A stretch of 64,000 nt of DNA from Hypanus sabinus (GCF_030144855.1 NC_082718.1:90210001-90274000); one strand, 5' to 3'; positions 36,201 through 51,200 are shown, counted from the first letter of the stretch. Translations and numbers: made by a program. Notes: generated by a model from the letters alone, not told the origin.

Positions 36201-39200
36201 AAGTATATTGTGGATATATCTGCATAATCAACAATTACAGATTACGCAAGTCAGAAGCTTGGTGAAATAGAACCAAGGTGAAATTGCAAAAGGAAAGTAA
36301 AGTTCAGTGAACCTTGGGCCATTTCAGAATTAATTGTTAATTAAGAATTAATGTTGCTCTGGGTCTATAGTGACAAAAGGCAAAAATGGGTAAGGATGGC
36401 AGATCTCCTACCTTGAAGGATACTGATCCTGAAGGAGTTAATTGATGAGTGTCAGAACAGTAGCAATCAGTTCTTTCTAAATCATAAAATGTTCTTAATT
36501 TCATGTTGATGGCTGCAACACCATGTATATTATCATGATGTTTTGTTTCTAATAAGAAATGCAGGCCATAAGGTATAATTTAGCATCTGTAACACAAAGG
36601 CAGAAAAATACTGGAAAGGGAGCTAGTGGAGAAATAATAAACAGAAAGAAGTCACTTAGAAGTAGGTCCAACGGTGAAATTCAGAAGATCTAGCCAGGAA
36701 ATAAGGCAGGAAAAGGAAAAGAAATAAAATTCCTGTTGATTGTTTTTATTTATATAAACATAAATAAGCCTTACCATTTGGGTTTAATGAAATATTTGGC
36801 TCTTGGCCAAGAAATGCTAGGGTACTGACAGATAATCTTACTTATGGCTACAGTAGAATACTTTTTTCCTAACTGGAGGAAAAGCAGTGCTGGAGATTGG
36901 AAGCTGCTGAGCATTGATGGGTATTCCAGCCCAATAACTAGAATGGAATATTTTCTGTACTAGCTTTTCTAGATTCAGAACTTGTTTCAGGTTAAAAAAA
37001 AAAATTTTTGGAGGGCTAAAACATGAGAAAAGGTAAGCATAAATCTATTAAGAAAATTTAAATTAAGCCAGTTGTAGGGATGATCTGCTGTATAATTTTA
37101 TAGTGTCTGAAGTACAATATTTTACAATTTATAATTCAAAGTAAATTTATTTCAACAAAAGCATTTCATATTTTATAAATCAATACTCTACCTTTTTATT
37201 TGGTGGTGTTCCAGCCAGCATTTCATTTTCAACTCCATCCTCTGAACAACTGTTACATACAGAGAATGTTTCGACATTTTGTTTCAGCTCTTCAGTTAAT
37301 TTGGGGCTCCTGCCGTTATCTTCTCCATCCTGAATTTGGCACTGAGCATCTTTTTGTAAAGTGGTTCCTATGGTTATAGCTGGTGCATTGATTTCTTCAG
37401 TAATCAATTTATTCACATCTTCAATCTGAATGTTAGTCAGATTAACACTGCCGGTAGATGAATGTTAATAAGATCCTAGTAGTTAAGAACTATTTATATT
37501 AATACACCAGTGTATAATATCAAAGAACTTAAATATGAGATCCAGCAGCAAACTAAAAAAGAACTGGGCTTACATATTCACAAATCTTAAAAGTTTATTC
37601 ACCAGTCTGAATCCAGTTTCAGTATCAGTTTCCTAAAAACTAAAAGAGACATCCAATTTTCATTGAATCAATTTTGCAAATTATATTTTAATCACAAGTA
37701 TTTTTGATTCTTTAATTTGATTTTTACCATTCCATAGTATTAAAAAATACAGTAAATTATTTCTGATTCAAAAGTGTTGGAAATACGCATTCATTGTGGA
37801 TATTGAGTGGTGTGGACCTTGGTATATTACTATCTGTCTAAATATCATCACAAGGTTGCAGGAATGGTTCAATCTAATCAGGAAAGTATTTTGGAAACCT
37901 ACCTTTAAAAGGTAAGGCTGAGAAGGTAATATTTGATCTATGTACAACCCTAGTTAGATCACAGCTTGAGTATTGTATACAGTCTGGTACAGGAAGGATG
38001 TGATTACACTGGACATGGCACAGGAAATTTAGGAATATTTAGGACTGAAAATTGTAATTAATTAAGGAAATTTAAATTTGCTTTCTTTAGAACAGGAGGC
38101 TTAAGGGTAAATTAATTGAGGTAATTGCAAAGACAACGGGCCTAAATTGAGAAAATAGAAAGGATCTATTTCCATTAGCACAAGGATTAAAAACCATGCT
38201 CCATAGTTTTATAGAAACTGTTAGAAGATTTTAAAGATCAAATGCATTTTCACTCAGAGGGTGTAAAAGTCTGGAATTTGAAGTCTATATAGATTGTTGG
38301 TGTAAACATACACAGTGCAAACACTGTGTGCTTGAGATAAAAAAACTGCAGGCCTACAGATCAAGTGCTTATGGCTGGGATTAGCAGAAGAGTGTTTTGG
38401 ATTGGCAACAGACATCACCTCTGCTCCTGTTGTAAATCTGGTATGATTCCATAACTTTTGCTATTACTCTTTTAAAAATTGAAACAAAGTAAGCATTGCC
38501 AAGTGGCTGAGTGCTGTTGCACTGAAATAACCAAACAATGAGAATTGTACATCTTTTGCTAAAAACTTGTTTAAAAAATGATGAATGGGAAGTTGTGGGC
38601 AGTGGAAAATAAACAAGTCATGTTGTCACTGTCTATGATTGACTTTTCTTTAAACTTAAGTAAGAGAAATTTAGTTCCAAATGTGCTGATGGTAAACTTG
38701 AAAAATCACACTATTTTGCATGCACATAGGAATTCAGTACTTAGGGTTGTCTGGAATTTTATCATAAGTTCAGCATGATTAGCTGTTTGTAATAGGGAGA
38801 CTGCAAACTGCACGTTAAGTAGTGAAGAAGGATTAACATACATAGCTTGTATCCTAAAGTGAAAGATATTTCATGCATAAACTAAGATTACTGTTACCTG
38901 CAAGATGCACAAGAAAAATATGGTTACAGCAAGGATCCACAAGTCTTGCTTCACAATACCACCCCCTTTCCACTCTGTAAAACACTTGTTATAAAGAGCA
39001 CCTGTGTTGTACCAAAGGCTAAATATTTGTTTTAAATAACTAATACTTAGTGGAGTTCAATTAAATCACTTCAGATAATTGCCAATTTATGATAATCAAG
39101 GGTGCATATATCAGTGAAACAGAAGGATCATATTGTGAAAATACTAGTTAGAGAACGTAGCATCTCAGAGAATATTTGTGAACTGGATAATATAACCAGG

Positions 39201-42200
39201 ATGCTGCCTGGCTTACAGGGCATATGCTATCATGAGAGGCTGAATAAACTTGCATTATTTTCCCTGGAGTGCCAGAGCCTGAGGGGAGACCTGATGGAGG
39301 TTTATAAGATTATGAGAGGCATAGATAGAGTAGGCAGAGCATATCTGTTTCCCAGGGTTGAAATGTCTAATACCAGAGGACATGCATTGAAGGCCAGAGG
39401 GTGTAGGTTCAAGGGGCATGTGAGGGCTAAGTTTTTTACTCAAGTGTCATGGATGCCTGGGATACGCTGCTTGGTATAGTGGCAGAGGCAAATGCATCAG
39501 AGGTTTTTAAGAAACATTTGGATGTAAGGAGGATGGAGGGATATGGACATGGTGTAGGATAAGTGTTTGGGTGTTTTTGATTTGCTTTTTAGCTGGTTCA
39601 ACTCAACATTGTGGGCCGAATGGCCTGTTCCTGTGCTGTTGTACATTCCATATTTTTAACAACCAAAAGTATATCCACAAAGCTGTACCTCTTATTGTCA
39701 AAGGTCTTTGAGTTCTGTGTATGCTGTGATGATGACTGACTCCCAATGTCAGTTAATGTAGCCAGAACGAAAATAGCTTCGAGCATCATGTTATCAATGA
39801 TAAATCCAACTGGCCTGTAAAATCAAATAGACGAAAAGACTGAAATTTCATGAATATGAAGCTTTGCAATATCTCCTGACTTGAGAAAAGTAGCCTGTAC
39901 CTGAATTTAAATGCAAATCATTTAGAAAATAATATCTCAATATTATGTAATTAGTAGAATTATGTTTTTTGAACAAATGGTCCTTATGAACAGAGATTGG
40001 CTTTAAAAAGTTTTAATTCTTCAAAAAGTATAAAATCAGATTTGATTATTCTGTGGCAAGGACTCCAGATATCAAGTACTTGCTCTGATCAAGTTTTGAT
40101 ACTTCTATAATAGGGATTCTCATCCTGGGGTCCATGGACCCCTTGCTTAATGGTATTGGTCCATGGCATATGGTTGGGAACCTCTGCTGTATAAAATTAT
40201 CAAGATAGCAATGGATTGGTTATGTGAGCAAGAAAGGGGCAAATGGAATTTAATCTGAAGTTTATGGAAATGGATGTGAAAATGGAAAATAAGGCAAGGT
40301 ATACAGTAAGTCTCAAACATTTTTGTGCAGGTTGAAGGTTATTAAAGAACTTGCAGAAAAGGTGGTTCAGAAAGCTATAGAATATGTTACTTTCCATGAT
40401 TATGCAAGAACTAAAATGCTTATCAGACCACAGTTTAAGTACTATGTACACTCTAGCCACAATACGTGAATGTTGCTAAGGTTGGAGAATTTTAGATGCG
40501 AGGAAAGACTAACTTGTTCCTTTGAAACGAAGAAGCCTTAAGGGAGGTTTAACTGAGTTGCATAAAATTTCACAAAGGCTAGACTATGTGAACTGGAAAG
40601 ACATTTTCCATTTAGAGATATCAGTCTGAAGGATTAGGTTTTTTTTCAGCAAATAGTAGCGGTAATACGGAATTCACTGTCTGAAATGGTGGTGGAAGCA
40701 GAAACCTACATCGTGACTGCAGAATACCTGTATGCGTACTGAAGTACTATGACATGAATGACCACAGACAGATTGGTCTAAATAACTTTTCTTTTTAGCC
40801 AGACTGGCTTGATAAACAAAATGGTCTACCTCCGTGCTATCTACTGCATTTCTAAACTTCTAACCACCCTCTCCTTTCACCTGCATCCACGTCGTCAATT
40901 CAATCAACCTGCTTTGAAATTCAACTTTTTTGATGAGCTTTTAGTCATCCGTTCTTGTAGCTTCTCCTTTCTGTGAGAAACTTTAGGATAATTTTTAGAG
41001 AAATGTGCTATATAAATGGAAATATGCATATTGTTATACAGCAAGCACACCCTACAATAATCACAACTTATAGCACCTACAAACAAGCACAAATATTGCT
41101 GGTTTTGTTACTATAAAGTTGTTGATAGAAAATAAACTCACTTCCCAGCTGTTCCAAAATGGGCTGAAACAGAAAGGCTCATTGATTCTGCAAATGCCAG
41201 AAGACCCTTAAAGTACAAAAAAAATCTATCTGTAGCAAAATATAATAGCACAGATTTTTAAAATAATGCGTTATTCTTAGCAGTGCAATGCAAAACAATA
41301 TAACAGAACATCTTAAACTAAAATAAATGTAATTTTTTCAATTTTAGAGACTATATTTCTCAGCTCCAAACCATGGATTAGTAAGCCATTGGATGATCAA
41401 ATAAAAATTTGGCAATTGAAAATCTATTTCAAAATAAAACTGCTGGATTAATATGTATAATGCAGTAATGTAAATACTTGTAAAATGAACCAATTACTTA
41501 TGAATTTTTTTGTTATGGTACAAGTTCAACTGATGAAGAGGACATTTTGAAGTCATAATATTTATGTTGAAAGCTGCTATAGAACATTAAGACTTATGCA
41601 AAGTATTGACCATGACTGGTTCTCCCTTCAATCAAATATCACGACCCATTTTTGCATGTATGTAAGAATATATGAATGACGCATAATTATGTAAGGAACT
41701 GGAGGCTACAAAGAGTTAGCATCTCTGGGGGACTAAAAAAGCTGGACTGATAAGTTACTATCAAAACCGGCAAATTATCTCTAAAGCCATAATTTATTGC
41801 AACACAAACCATGAGATACCTTACATATTTAAATTTAGTGCACACTTATTATATAGGCCTGTAGCAAAGAGATAAAAGAATATGAAAATTTTAATAAAAT
41901 GGTAAACCACATTACAATTTGCATGGCATTCATAATTGTAAAATGTTTTTTACAATATGTAGATTCCTGTAAATCCTATAAAGATAAGTAGTATAAAAAA
42001 CAAATGAATATAAATGTAATAGTAAGTGTGTAGCTATTAATTTAAAGTATTTAAATAGTCTTGATAGGACATAAAATGGAAATATTGATGAAGCACGTTT
42101 TGCTCTGTTCGAAGAGCAAACTTTGCAACAACACTGCACAGGAGCTGTAAGCACAAATGAAAATTAAATGGCCGTTTAAAGTCGTCATCCTTTGTGGCAG

Positions 42201-45200
42201 CTCTGCTGATGTATTAAATCCTGCCTCTCCAATTTATCCCCAGCTGAGGATGTTCAGTAACATCTTCCAGCCCACTCGCTAACTTCAAAACAATATCTCA
42301 CATTTTGAATTACACAGTTCTAACATGTATAAATTACTTGTTTTACAATGTAACTGACTACACACCAGTTAAAAATCATCAAGCCCATTAGAAGAATGCT
42401 ATCCATCATAAGTTGCACTTTTTGCTAATACAGTAATGTGTTTTCACTAGAGTAAAATCTACAAGCCCTTCCCAAAATAGGAGACCTTGGCTCTTTTTAA
42501 TGAAGAAAGCCAGTTACAAATAAAGGTAGTTCCTCCACGTAAATGATATGTCGAAAGAGGCACAAGCTGAATAAAAAAGTCGAAAGAACAGAACTCTGTT
42601 CAGCTTTGAAATTTGTGACTTCATGCTCCAAAATTTTTAGAACTTGTAAATACATTGCCATTTCTTTCACAAAAGCTCAGACTAACAAAATTCAAGTACT
42701 CTCAGTGGCCACTTTATTAGGTACAGGAGTGGAACCCGTTGTGGTCTTCCACTACTGAACCCCATCCACTTCAAGGTTCTACACATTGTGTATTCAGTGA
42801 TTTCTTCCGCACACCACTGTTGTGACAGGTGGCTATTTGAGTTACTGTCACCTTCCTGTTATCTCGGATCAGTCTGGCCATTTTCCTCTGACCTCTCTCA
42901 TTAGCAAGACATTTTCACCCACAGAACTGTCGCATAACTAACATGACTGAGAAAGCAATTTCTGTTATACAATATTAATTGAAAAGCCTACTCAAATTAA
43001 CTTAAGAGGGCCTTGGGCATCAAAAATATATCTAAGGTGCCACCATAACATTTCCATACCAGTCATTCCTTTAGATGGACTGGAAGTTTAAAATAGCTTG
43101 CATTAATTCAATTCTAAATGACAAATATTGATTTAAATACCAGGGTTTGGTTGGAAATATGCAAAGTAGGATGATTAAAAAAGGAGCTTTAACACATTTG
43201 TTACTTTACTCCTGTGGGTATTAATTAAAATGACAAAAACTACATAATTAAAAGAAAGTAGTAATGTAAGTATAAAGCATACTAGCAAAAAATCAAAAAG
43301 TCTCCTACCTTGTAATACAAAGCCTAATTTTAACCTTACTCACAATGCCTCACGGAAACACTCTATTTCAGACCAATCTCCTCAGGGAGCTGCTCCACAG
43401 ACATCAGCAAGCAGCTTCATGCAGTCAGCAATAATTAGCATCCTTTTCAATCCAATTTTCAGCACAGGCTGATATCATTATGTAGCTAGCTATCTCTGAA
43501 TTTTCAAGTTCTGCCACCTTCTGAATCATTATGTGTCATCTGCTCTGAATTCTATCTGATCAATCCTATGGATGTAGCAAGTAACTTATAAATAAATCAC
43601 CTGCAGCACTTTTGGAAATTGAATAAAATAGCCTGGATGCACATGCCAATTCTTCCAACTAAACATTCAAGTTGTTATTTTTCTCTTTTGTTCAATGCTA
43701 CCTTGTTAAAAAGGAGATATCCTGATATTTTTCCATTTCAGAATCCCAAGAAACCATTTCTTACCACTTGACAGTATGATATCATTATCTGTTTTATCAA
43801 CATACAATGCTACACAAACAAAACAACTGCCTCAGGGTACCTAAGATGTGACAGTTTTCTTTTAATACACATTTTAGTGTGGCATTTTGCGATTAAACAA
43901 GTTAGATCAATACCTTTGAGTGTGAATCTAAGAGTGCTGTTGGTTATACTTGACAGTAGAAATTATGCAGTACAGAATACATCTCAAAGTTTTAATACTT
44001 GTGACAGCGTGGCCAGATTCTGTTCTAACTCCATCTGCAAGTTCGCAAATGATACCACTATAGTGGGCCAAATCTTAAACGATGACAAGAGATAGAAAAT
44101 CTATCTTTCCTTCAATGTCAGCAAAACAAAAGAGCTGGCAATTGATTCTAGGACTACTGACAAGATCTTGGCTGCATCGCTGAAGACTTGTACTCCAAAA
44201 TAAGTTGTGCCATTAGCCATGCTACAGTACTGTGCAAATGTCTTAGGCACCCTGGCTAAATATATGTGCCTAAGACTTTTGAACAGTGCTGTAGTAATTT
44301 AATATTGCACTGTACTGCTGCCAAAAAAAAAATCATGACCTATGTGAGTGATGATAAACCTGATTCTGATATGTGTCTCTATTGTGGACTGAGAGTGAGA
44401 AAGGGGCAGGGAGAGGAAAATCATGGTTGGGAAAAGGGGAAGGGAGAGAAGGGAGCAGGATGCACTAGAGACACATTCTATTATGATCAATAAACTAATT
44501 GTTTGGAATCAAATTACCCTACCTGGTGTCTCAGGGCTGGGCGTGTCTGCACCCACATCAGTCCCCGCCCCAGTGCTACCCTATTCCCAACATGCTTTGC
44601 TCCTGCTAGATTTACAAACTCACTCTCCACTCAACATTGACAAATATGTGCAAAAGTTTTAAGCACATACACATAGCCAGGGTGCCTAAGAGTTTTGCAC
44701 TGTATTGTATATTGTTGAAAAATATCCAGATACATTTTTGTTCATTAAAAAAAGTCAATTCCTATCCCAATAGTTAACGCTCAGTGTCCCCTCAATCACA
44801 TGCAAAATAATGGAAATTATCGATACTGTGCTATCAAGTGGCACATTCTCTTTGATAATGTCTTTGCCAAATCCCAGTCTGGATTTTGCCAGGACAAACC
44901 GGGTTTCTTTAAGGAAGAAAAACAACCAAGAAAACCAGTCCAATCACACTTGAATACAAGAGTAAACTAATGAGAAACACAAGGCAGACTGCAAGTTTTC
45001 TAAGTAACTAAAGGCAAAAAAAGGCTAGCAAAAGCAAATGTGGATTTGTAAAGGAAAGTGGCAGCAGAATTTAAAATGGGGAATACAGAACTTGCAAAGG
45101 AATTAAATATTTTGTATCAACACACACAAAATGCTGGAGCAACTCAGCAGACTAGGCAACATCTATGGAAAAGAGCACCCGAAACATCAACTGTACTCTT

Positions 45201-48200
45201 TTCCACAGATGCTGCCTGGCCTGCTGAGGTCCTCCAGCATTTTGTGTGTGCTGCTCGGATGTCCAGCATTTGCAGCTTTTCTCTTGTTTTCAGATATTTT
45301 GTATTTTGTTTCACTGCAGCTTACAAAAACATATTCATGTAAATACTGGAAAGCCAAAGGTCTAGTGCATATGAGGAGATAAAGAGAATTAGTATTACCA
45401 AACAAAATTCTAATTGGAGTGTGTGAAAAATGATAAATCTCAAGAACAAAAATATCTGTATTTCAGTCTTGTAGGTGACAGTACAGTAATAGAAAAAGTG
45501 AATGGTCTAGTTACCATCTTCCAAAATTCTATAGGTTTTGGAATGGTCATGTACTGTAGTTTAGCAAATCTATTTAATGCAGAAGGGAGAGAGAGCACAG
45601 ACACCCCCAGCTTTGTTAGCCTGGTTTTAGTAGCTGGAAAATGCTAAAATCTATCATAGATAATGTAAAGTGAAGACAATTAGAAAATGATAAAATTGAA
45701 CAGAGTTAACATGGATTTATGAAAGGAATGTGACTGAGCTTCTGCGTTCTTTGAGGACCTCAAGAAAAGCCTGTTGAAAATAAGGTTTGGTGAATGAGAT
45801 TTCCACACAAGATTGTCGCACAAAGGGAATAATAAAGAAACATGGAAGCAGAAAACTGATAGAAAAGAAGGTAGAAATAAAAAGGTCCTTCTCAGACTGG
45901 CAGGCTGTTTTGAGTAAGCTACCATGGCAATTTGTGCTTCAGCTTAACAATCTTTATCAACAATTTGGCTGAGATCAAGTGTAACATTCGCAAGTTTGCT
46001 GATGACATGAAGCTAACTGAGAATATAAATGGCACTGAAGGTGCAAAAATGGGATATAGACAAACTATGTAAATGGGAGATTGTGTATAATATAGGAACA
46101 AGTGAGGTTATCCATTTTCAGTAGGAAACCACAAAATGCTAAGTATTATCTATGCTATCCTGTGTATTTTTTACTGGTGAGCAATGAGCAAATGATGGTG
46201 GTGTAAGAGAGCTGTATACCTTTGTACATAATTCATGAAAATTATGAATAATTTTTAAAATTGTCATTATTGTAAAAATCATGATTTTTTAAAAATATGT
46301 TGTAAACTTCTGTAGTGACATATTAATTATGTACATAAAGCATTGTGGTGCAATCATTTCACTTTCCCATTTGAGTTTACAATTGTCCCTTGGGCATAAT
46401 TCATGTTTGGACACGCTGCCATTATTCTAGTTCTACACTTAGGAAGCTTGTTTGTCTGTAGAGTATGAATGCCCATCTGTCTGTCTCAGCAGTAGAGACT
46501 TGAAGCTCAGGGATAATGAGAGAAAGTGTTGCAGAAAGCAAGTAACAAGAGAATAGAATTAGAAGGTATATGTTTTAAGGAGAAAATAAAACTGTCTTTT
46601 ACAAAAATCCTTGGCACATGTATTTTTAATGTATTTAATCCTTTCATATATATTCTAAATAAAAGCAATCTATGATTCAGATATACAGAAAGCTGGTCTA
46701 TATTTTAGCTCTACTACATTGAATTTTTGTGATTTTGTAACACTAAGTTCAGAAACATCAATGTACTACAATAAAATAATTTTCCATACCCTAAGCTCCT
46801 TTAAGCAAAATGTTATCTCAGCATCAACTCCAACCTGCAGATATTCAAACTCACTGGGTTTTAAGCTCACTTCAGTTTGCATTATTTTTGAGAAATCTAT
46901 ATATTAACAAGAAAAAGTCAACATGAGGACAGAATTTAAAAGGGAATTATCTCCTTAAACTGATATTTGAACTCTATTTCCTTTGAATTACAGTAATGAT
47001 TGAAATTAAGTTACCTTTGTCTTCATCTACATAGCTCTTGAACAATGCTTTCAAAGGAGTTACGGTCAAAGTAATTTCTTCTTGAGACATTGGAAAATGA
47101 ACTGCTATGTCAGAGAGAAGCCTTTAAAAATTAAATTACATGAATTATTTTGTTTTAAGGTTTTCTCCTTTCAATACTATAATTCCAAGCAAATTCATTT
47201 CCAAACAGCTAGAATGGGACTCAACACTTCCCTTTGCAGGGTATTATACCTCGATAATGATGAGTCAGAGCACAGGATGGAGAGAGAGAGAGGCTAGTGA
47301 CTTAGTGTCATGGCATCAGCCTTTCCCTTAAAGTAAACAAAAGAGCTGGTCACTGACTTCCAGTACACACATTCCTGATTGTGTCAACAGTGCTGCGGTC
47401 AAGAGGGCTGAGAGCTTCAGGTTCCTAGGAGTAAGCATCATCAATAGCCTGTGCTGGCCAATCATGAAAGGTAACTAGCTCCTCTACTTCTTCAAGAGGC
47501 TAAAAAAAAATGGCATGTCCCTTTTAGCCCTCACCAATTTTTATCAATGCACTATAAAAGCATACTATCTGATGTATCATAGCTTAATGTGGCAACTGTT
47601 CTGCCTGTGAATGCAAGGAACTACAGAGCTGTGGACACAATGCAGCACATCATAGAAATCAGCCTCTCCCGCCACAGACTCTATCTACACTTCTCACTTC
47701 CTCGATAAAGCAGTCAACTTAATCAAAGATCCGACCTACACCGACATTCTCACTTCTCCCCCTCACAGTTTCTAAACTCCTTTTATAAGACGGACTCAAC
47801 ATCACAACATTCCTTTTTATAGCCTTACACTTTATTGTTTACAGCTGTACTTCCTCTATAACAGCAACAACTACTCTGTTTTTTCTCTTGTACTCTCTCT
47901 CTGCACTGTTGTGATGAAATGATTTGTGGGGATGGGAAACAAAAGTCACTGTACCTCGGTACATTGTTGTTCCATTTCACGCCTTGAGGTGCATCAGCAG
48001 CCTTTTTTTTTGCGTTTTCCATAGCATTTGACTGTTTTGCACAAGGCCAAGTTGCTAGCTCAATGCTCAACAGATGGAAAGCGTGCAAGGAGATGGCCAG
48101 ATTCAAACTCGGGACCATTCACCTTGAAGTCCGGTGATGATGCCACTACACCACCAGCTGGCTATCTCAGTACATGTGACAACATAAATCAATATACCAA

Positions 48201-51200
48201 TTTAATTTCATTTGTTTTTCTTCCAGTAGTGTTTCAGTCTAGGGTCTGTTTCTGTTTTGAAACATTGATAAAACATCTTATCATTTACAACTATTATGTT
48301 AATAAAGAATTAATTATCTCAGTGCTTGTGTGCCAGACCCTTTAGGGATATTGGAATGCTCCAGCTAATATTTTTGTCTGTCAAATTCCCAATCTACGAA
48401 ACTAATAAAATACCACATGGAGTCTGCTTCTTATTCATCTTAAATTTCCTTGATAATAATAATGTTCTTCACCCACAAGTTTATTCCAGCTGGAAGGCAC
48501 AATGGTTCCTACCTTGCATGACATCGCACTATATTTGGGCTTAGCTGCTTCGAAAACACAGCCTGAAGGGACTCACATTCCTGAAATGCCAAATGGTGAG
48601 CTTTAGTAATTCCTGCAAACAGCAACATAGAAAGTTATTTGGAACAAGATCCACTGAAAAAGTAAAATAAAATGTTCAAGATATCATTTGACACACTGAC
48701 ATCTTCTCACAGATTATGCAACAGAGAGGTGTTATTTTATCTCTAGAACTTAACAGAAATAAAATGCGCAATTACCAAGTGTAGCTTTCACAAGCTCAGA
48801 ATACTCCTTAACATTTCATGGCAAATGAAGTACTGTACCCTTGGAGGTGATGTCATGACCTTATGCGTCACTTTGGAGACCCGTACACGAACTAGGCTGA
48901 CGTTTCTAAGTATTAATAAGTAAATGCTGCCTGGTCACAATGCCAATTTTCACATAAGATGCTAAACTGAGTTCTCATGCTTTCTTGACCACCCATAGCC
49001 CATTGGCAACACTTTCACCTTCAAATCAGAAAACTGGCAGCTGAATTCCCACTCTGAAGACTGGGAGCACAAATTTTAGAAAAAAACTCCAATAAATTAT
49101 CGAGAGGGTTGTGAGGTACTATTCTTTTAGCTAAGCTGTTTAGTCTTGCCCCAGACAGGGAACTTTTTAATTGGCACTGTTTCTAAGAGCATAGATATCT
49201 CCAGTGCTGGCAACTCTTTATCTCTTGATTAACTTCAGAAAAATAGATTAAACAGTCCTTTCACATTGCTGTTCATCTGGCATGCTGTGCATTCCCTGTA
49301 TTTCTTCAATAGATTTATAAAGTCATAAAGCATGGAAACAAGCCATTTGGCCCATCACACCTATGCCAACCAGTGGGGATCCACTGGTATTAAACCCACC
49401 CAAATGCTTCCTTTGACTAGCAAAAATGCTTCAGGCAGTGTATGCAAAGTGCAGCTATTCTTCACAAGGATTCCATTCCTGAACACAGTTGTAAACTGAT
49501 TTCTCAGAATTTAATACTTTCAATGAGGGGGCGATTAACATCAACACTGATTTATTTTCTTCCATTTCTGGTTAGAATGGTACTGAATTAGAATGCCCCA
49601 AATACAATGGATAGTTTAGATGATCTTAAAGTATTCATGGATGTTACATTGTTTAATAAAGTATTTACAAGAATAAAGCTCCTATCTAATGGTAGTCTGG
49701 AGATTAACTTTCTTGGAATTACAGTATTACAGGTAGAGCTGTGATCAATCGTAGTCTGAGATAGGTGCCTTTACTATCCAGATCTTCCAGAGATGAGCAT
49801 AGGGTCTGGGAGATGGTGACTGCAATGGACCTGTTTTGTCAATAGGTGAACTGCAGTGGGCTGAGGCTTTCTGAGAGGCTGGGGTTTCTGTAGGTCTCTC
49901 AAAGCTCTTTATGATGGAACAGTGCATTAAGGAACATTATCTTATCTTCTCTTTGGAACTGGGATGACAATGATCTTCTTAAAGCAAGTGGGAACCTCAG
50001 ATTGAAGTAGGGAGGAGTTTAAAATGTCTGCAAATACCCTACCAGCTGATCTGCGCAAGGTCTAAGGACCCTACTAGGGACTCCACCTGGGCCAGTTGCT
50101 TTCCATGGACTGACTCTCCATAAGACTGATCTGACATCTGCAACAGTGACTGTGGGTACAGGTGCACTGGAGGCAGTCAGGGCTGGTGGTGATCTCCCAT
50201 TCCTCTCCTATTCAGAGATCCCCTCTAAATCTCTTCACCCAAACCCTAAATCTATGTCCCTAAATCAGTCTTCTCTGATATGGGGAATAGTTTCCTGCAA
50301 TTTACCCTATACCCTTCAATTGTACATATCTCAATCATGTTGACTTTTGACGATTTCCACTCCAAGGTAATGTTCAACCAGTAAGTTATAGAGTTGGAGC
50401 ATAACCTCCATGCTCTTACATTCAGTGCTCTGACTAATACAGGCCAGCATTCCATATACCTTCTTAACCATATTATCCACTGGCACTATCATCTCCAAGG
50501 ATATTTGGATTTGTACACCGAGATCCCTCTGTTTCTCAATACACCTTATCACACTACCATTCTTGATATATATCACTAGTACTCTCAAAATTCATCACTT
50601 AGCATATATCTGGATTAAACTCCATCTGCCATTTCTCAGCCCATCTCACCAACATAAGATCATAAGACACAGGAGTAGAATTAGGCCATTCAGCCCATTA
50701 AGTCTGCTCCTCCTTTTCATCATAGCTGATATATTATCCCTCTCAACTCCTTTCTCCTGCTTTCTCCCCATAACCTTTGACGTCCTTACTAATCAAAAAC
50801 CCATCAACCTCTGCGTTAAATATGTACAACAACTTGGCTTCCACAGCCATCTGTGGCACTGAATTTCACAGGTTTACCACCTCAGCTTAAAGAAATTCCT
50901 CATCATTTCTGTTCCAAAGGGAAGTCCTTCTATTCTGAAGTTGTGCCCTCTGGTCCCAGACTCCCCAACTATATGAACCATCCTATCCACATCCACTCTA
51001 TCTAGGCCTTTCAATGTTTGTTAGGTTTCAATGAGATCCCCTCTCATTCTTCTAAACTCCAGTGAGTACAGGCCCAGCGCCATAAAACCATAGAACATTA
51101 CAGCACAGAAACAGGCTTTTTGGCCCTTCTTGGCTGTGCTAAACCATTTTTCTGCCTAGTTCCACTGACCTGCACCCAGCCCACATCCCTCCATACACCT

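Noticed and set aside
48095-48158. tRNA-like sequence on the minus strand
   Set aside because: A/B boxes are present but there is no complete cloverleaf and it continues into a repeat body, so it is a SINE head, not a tRNA gene.
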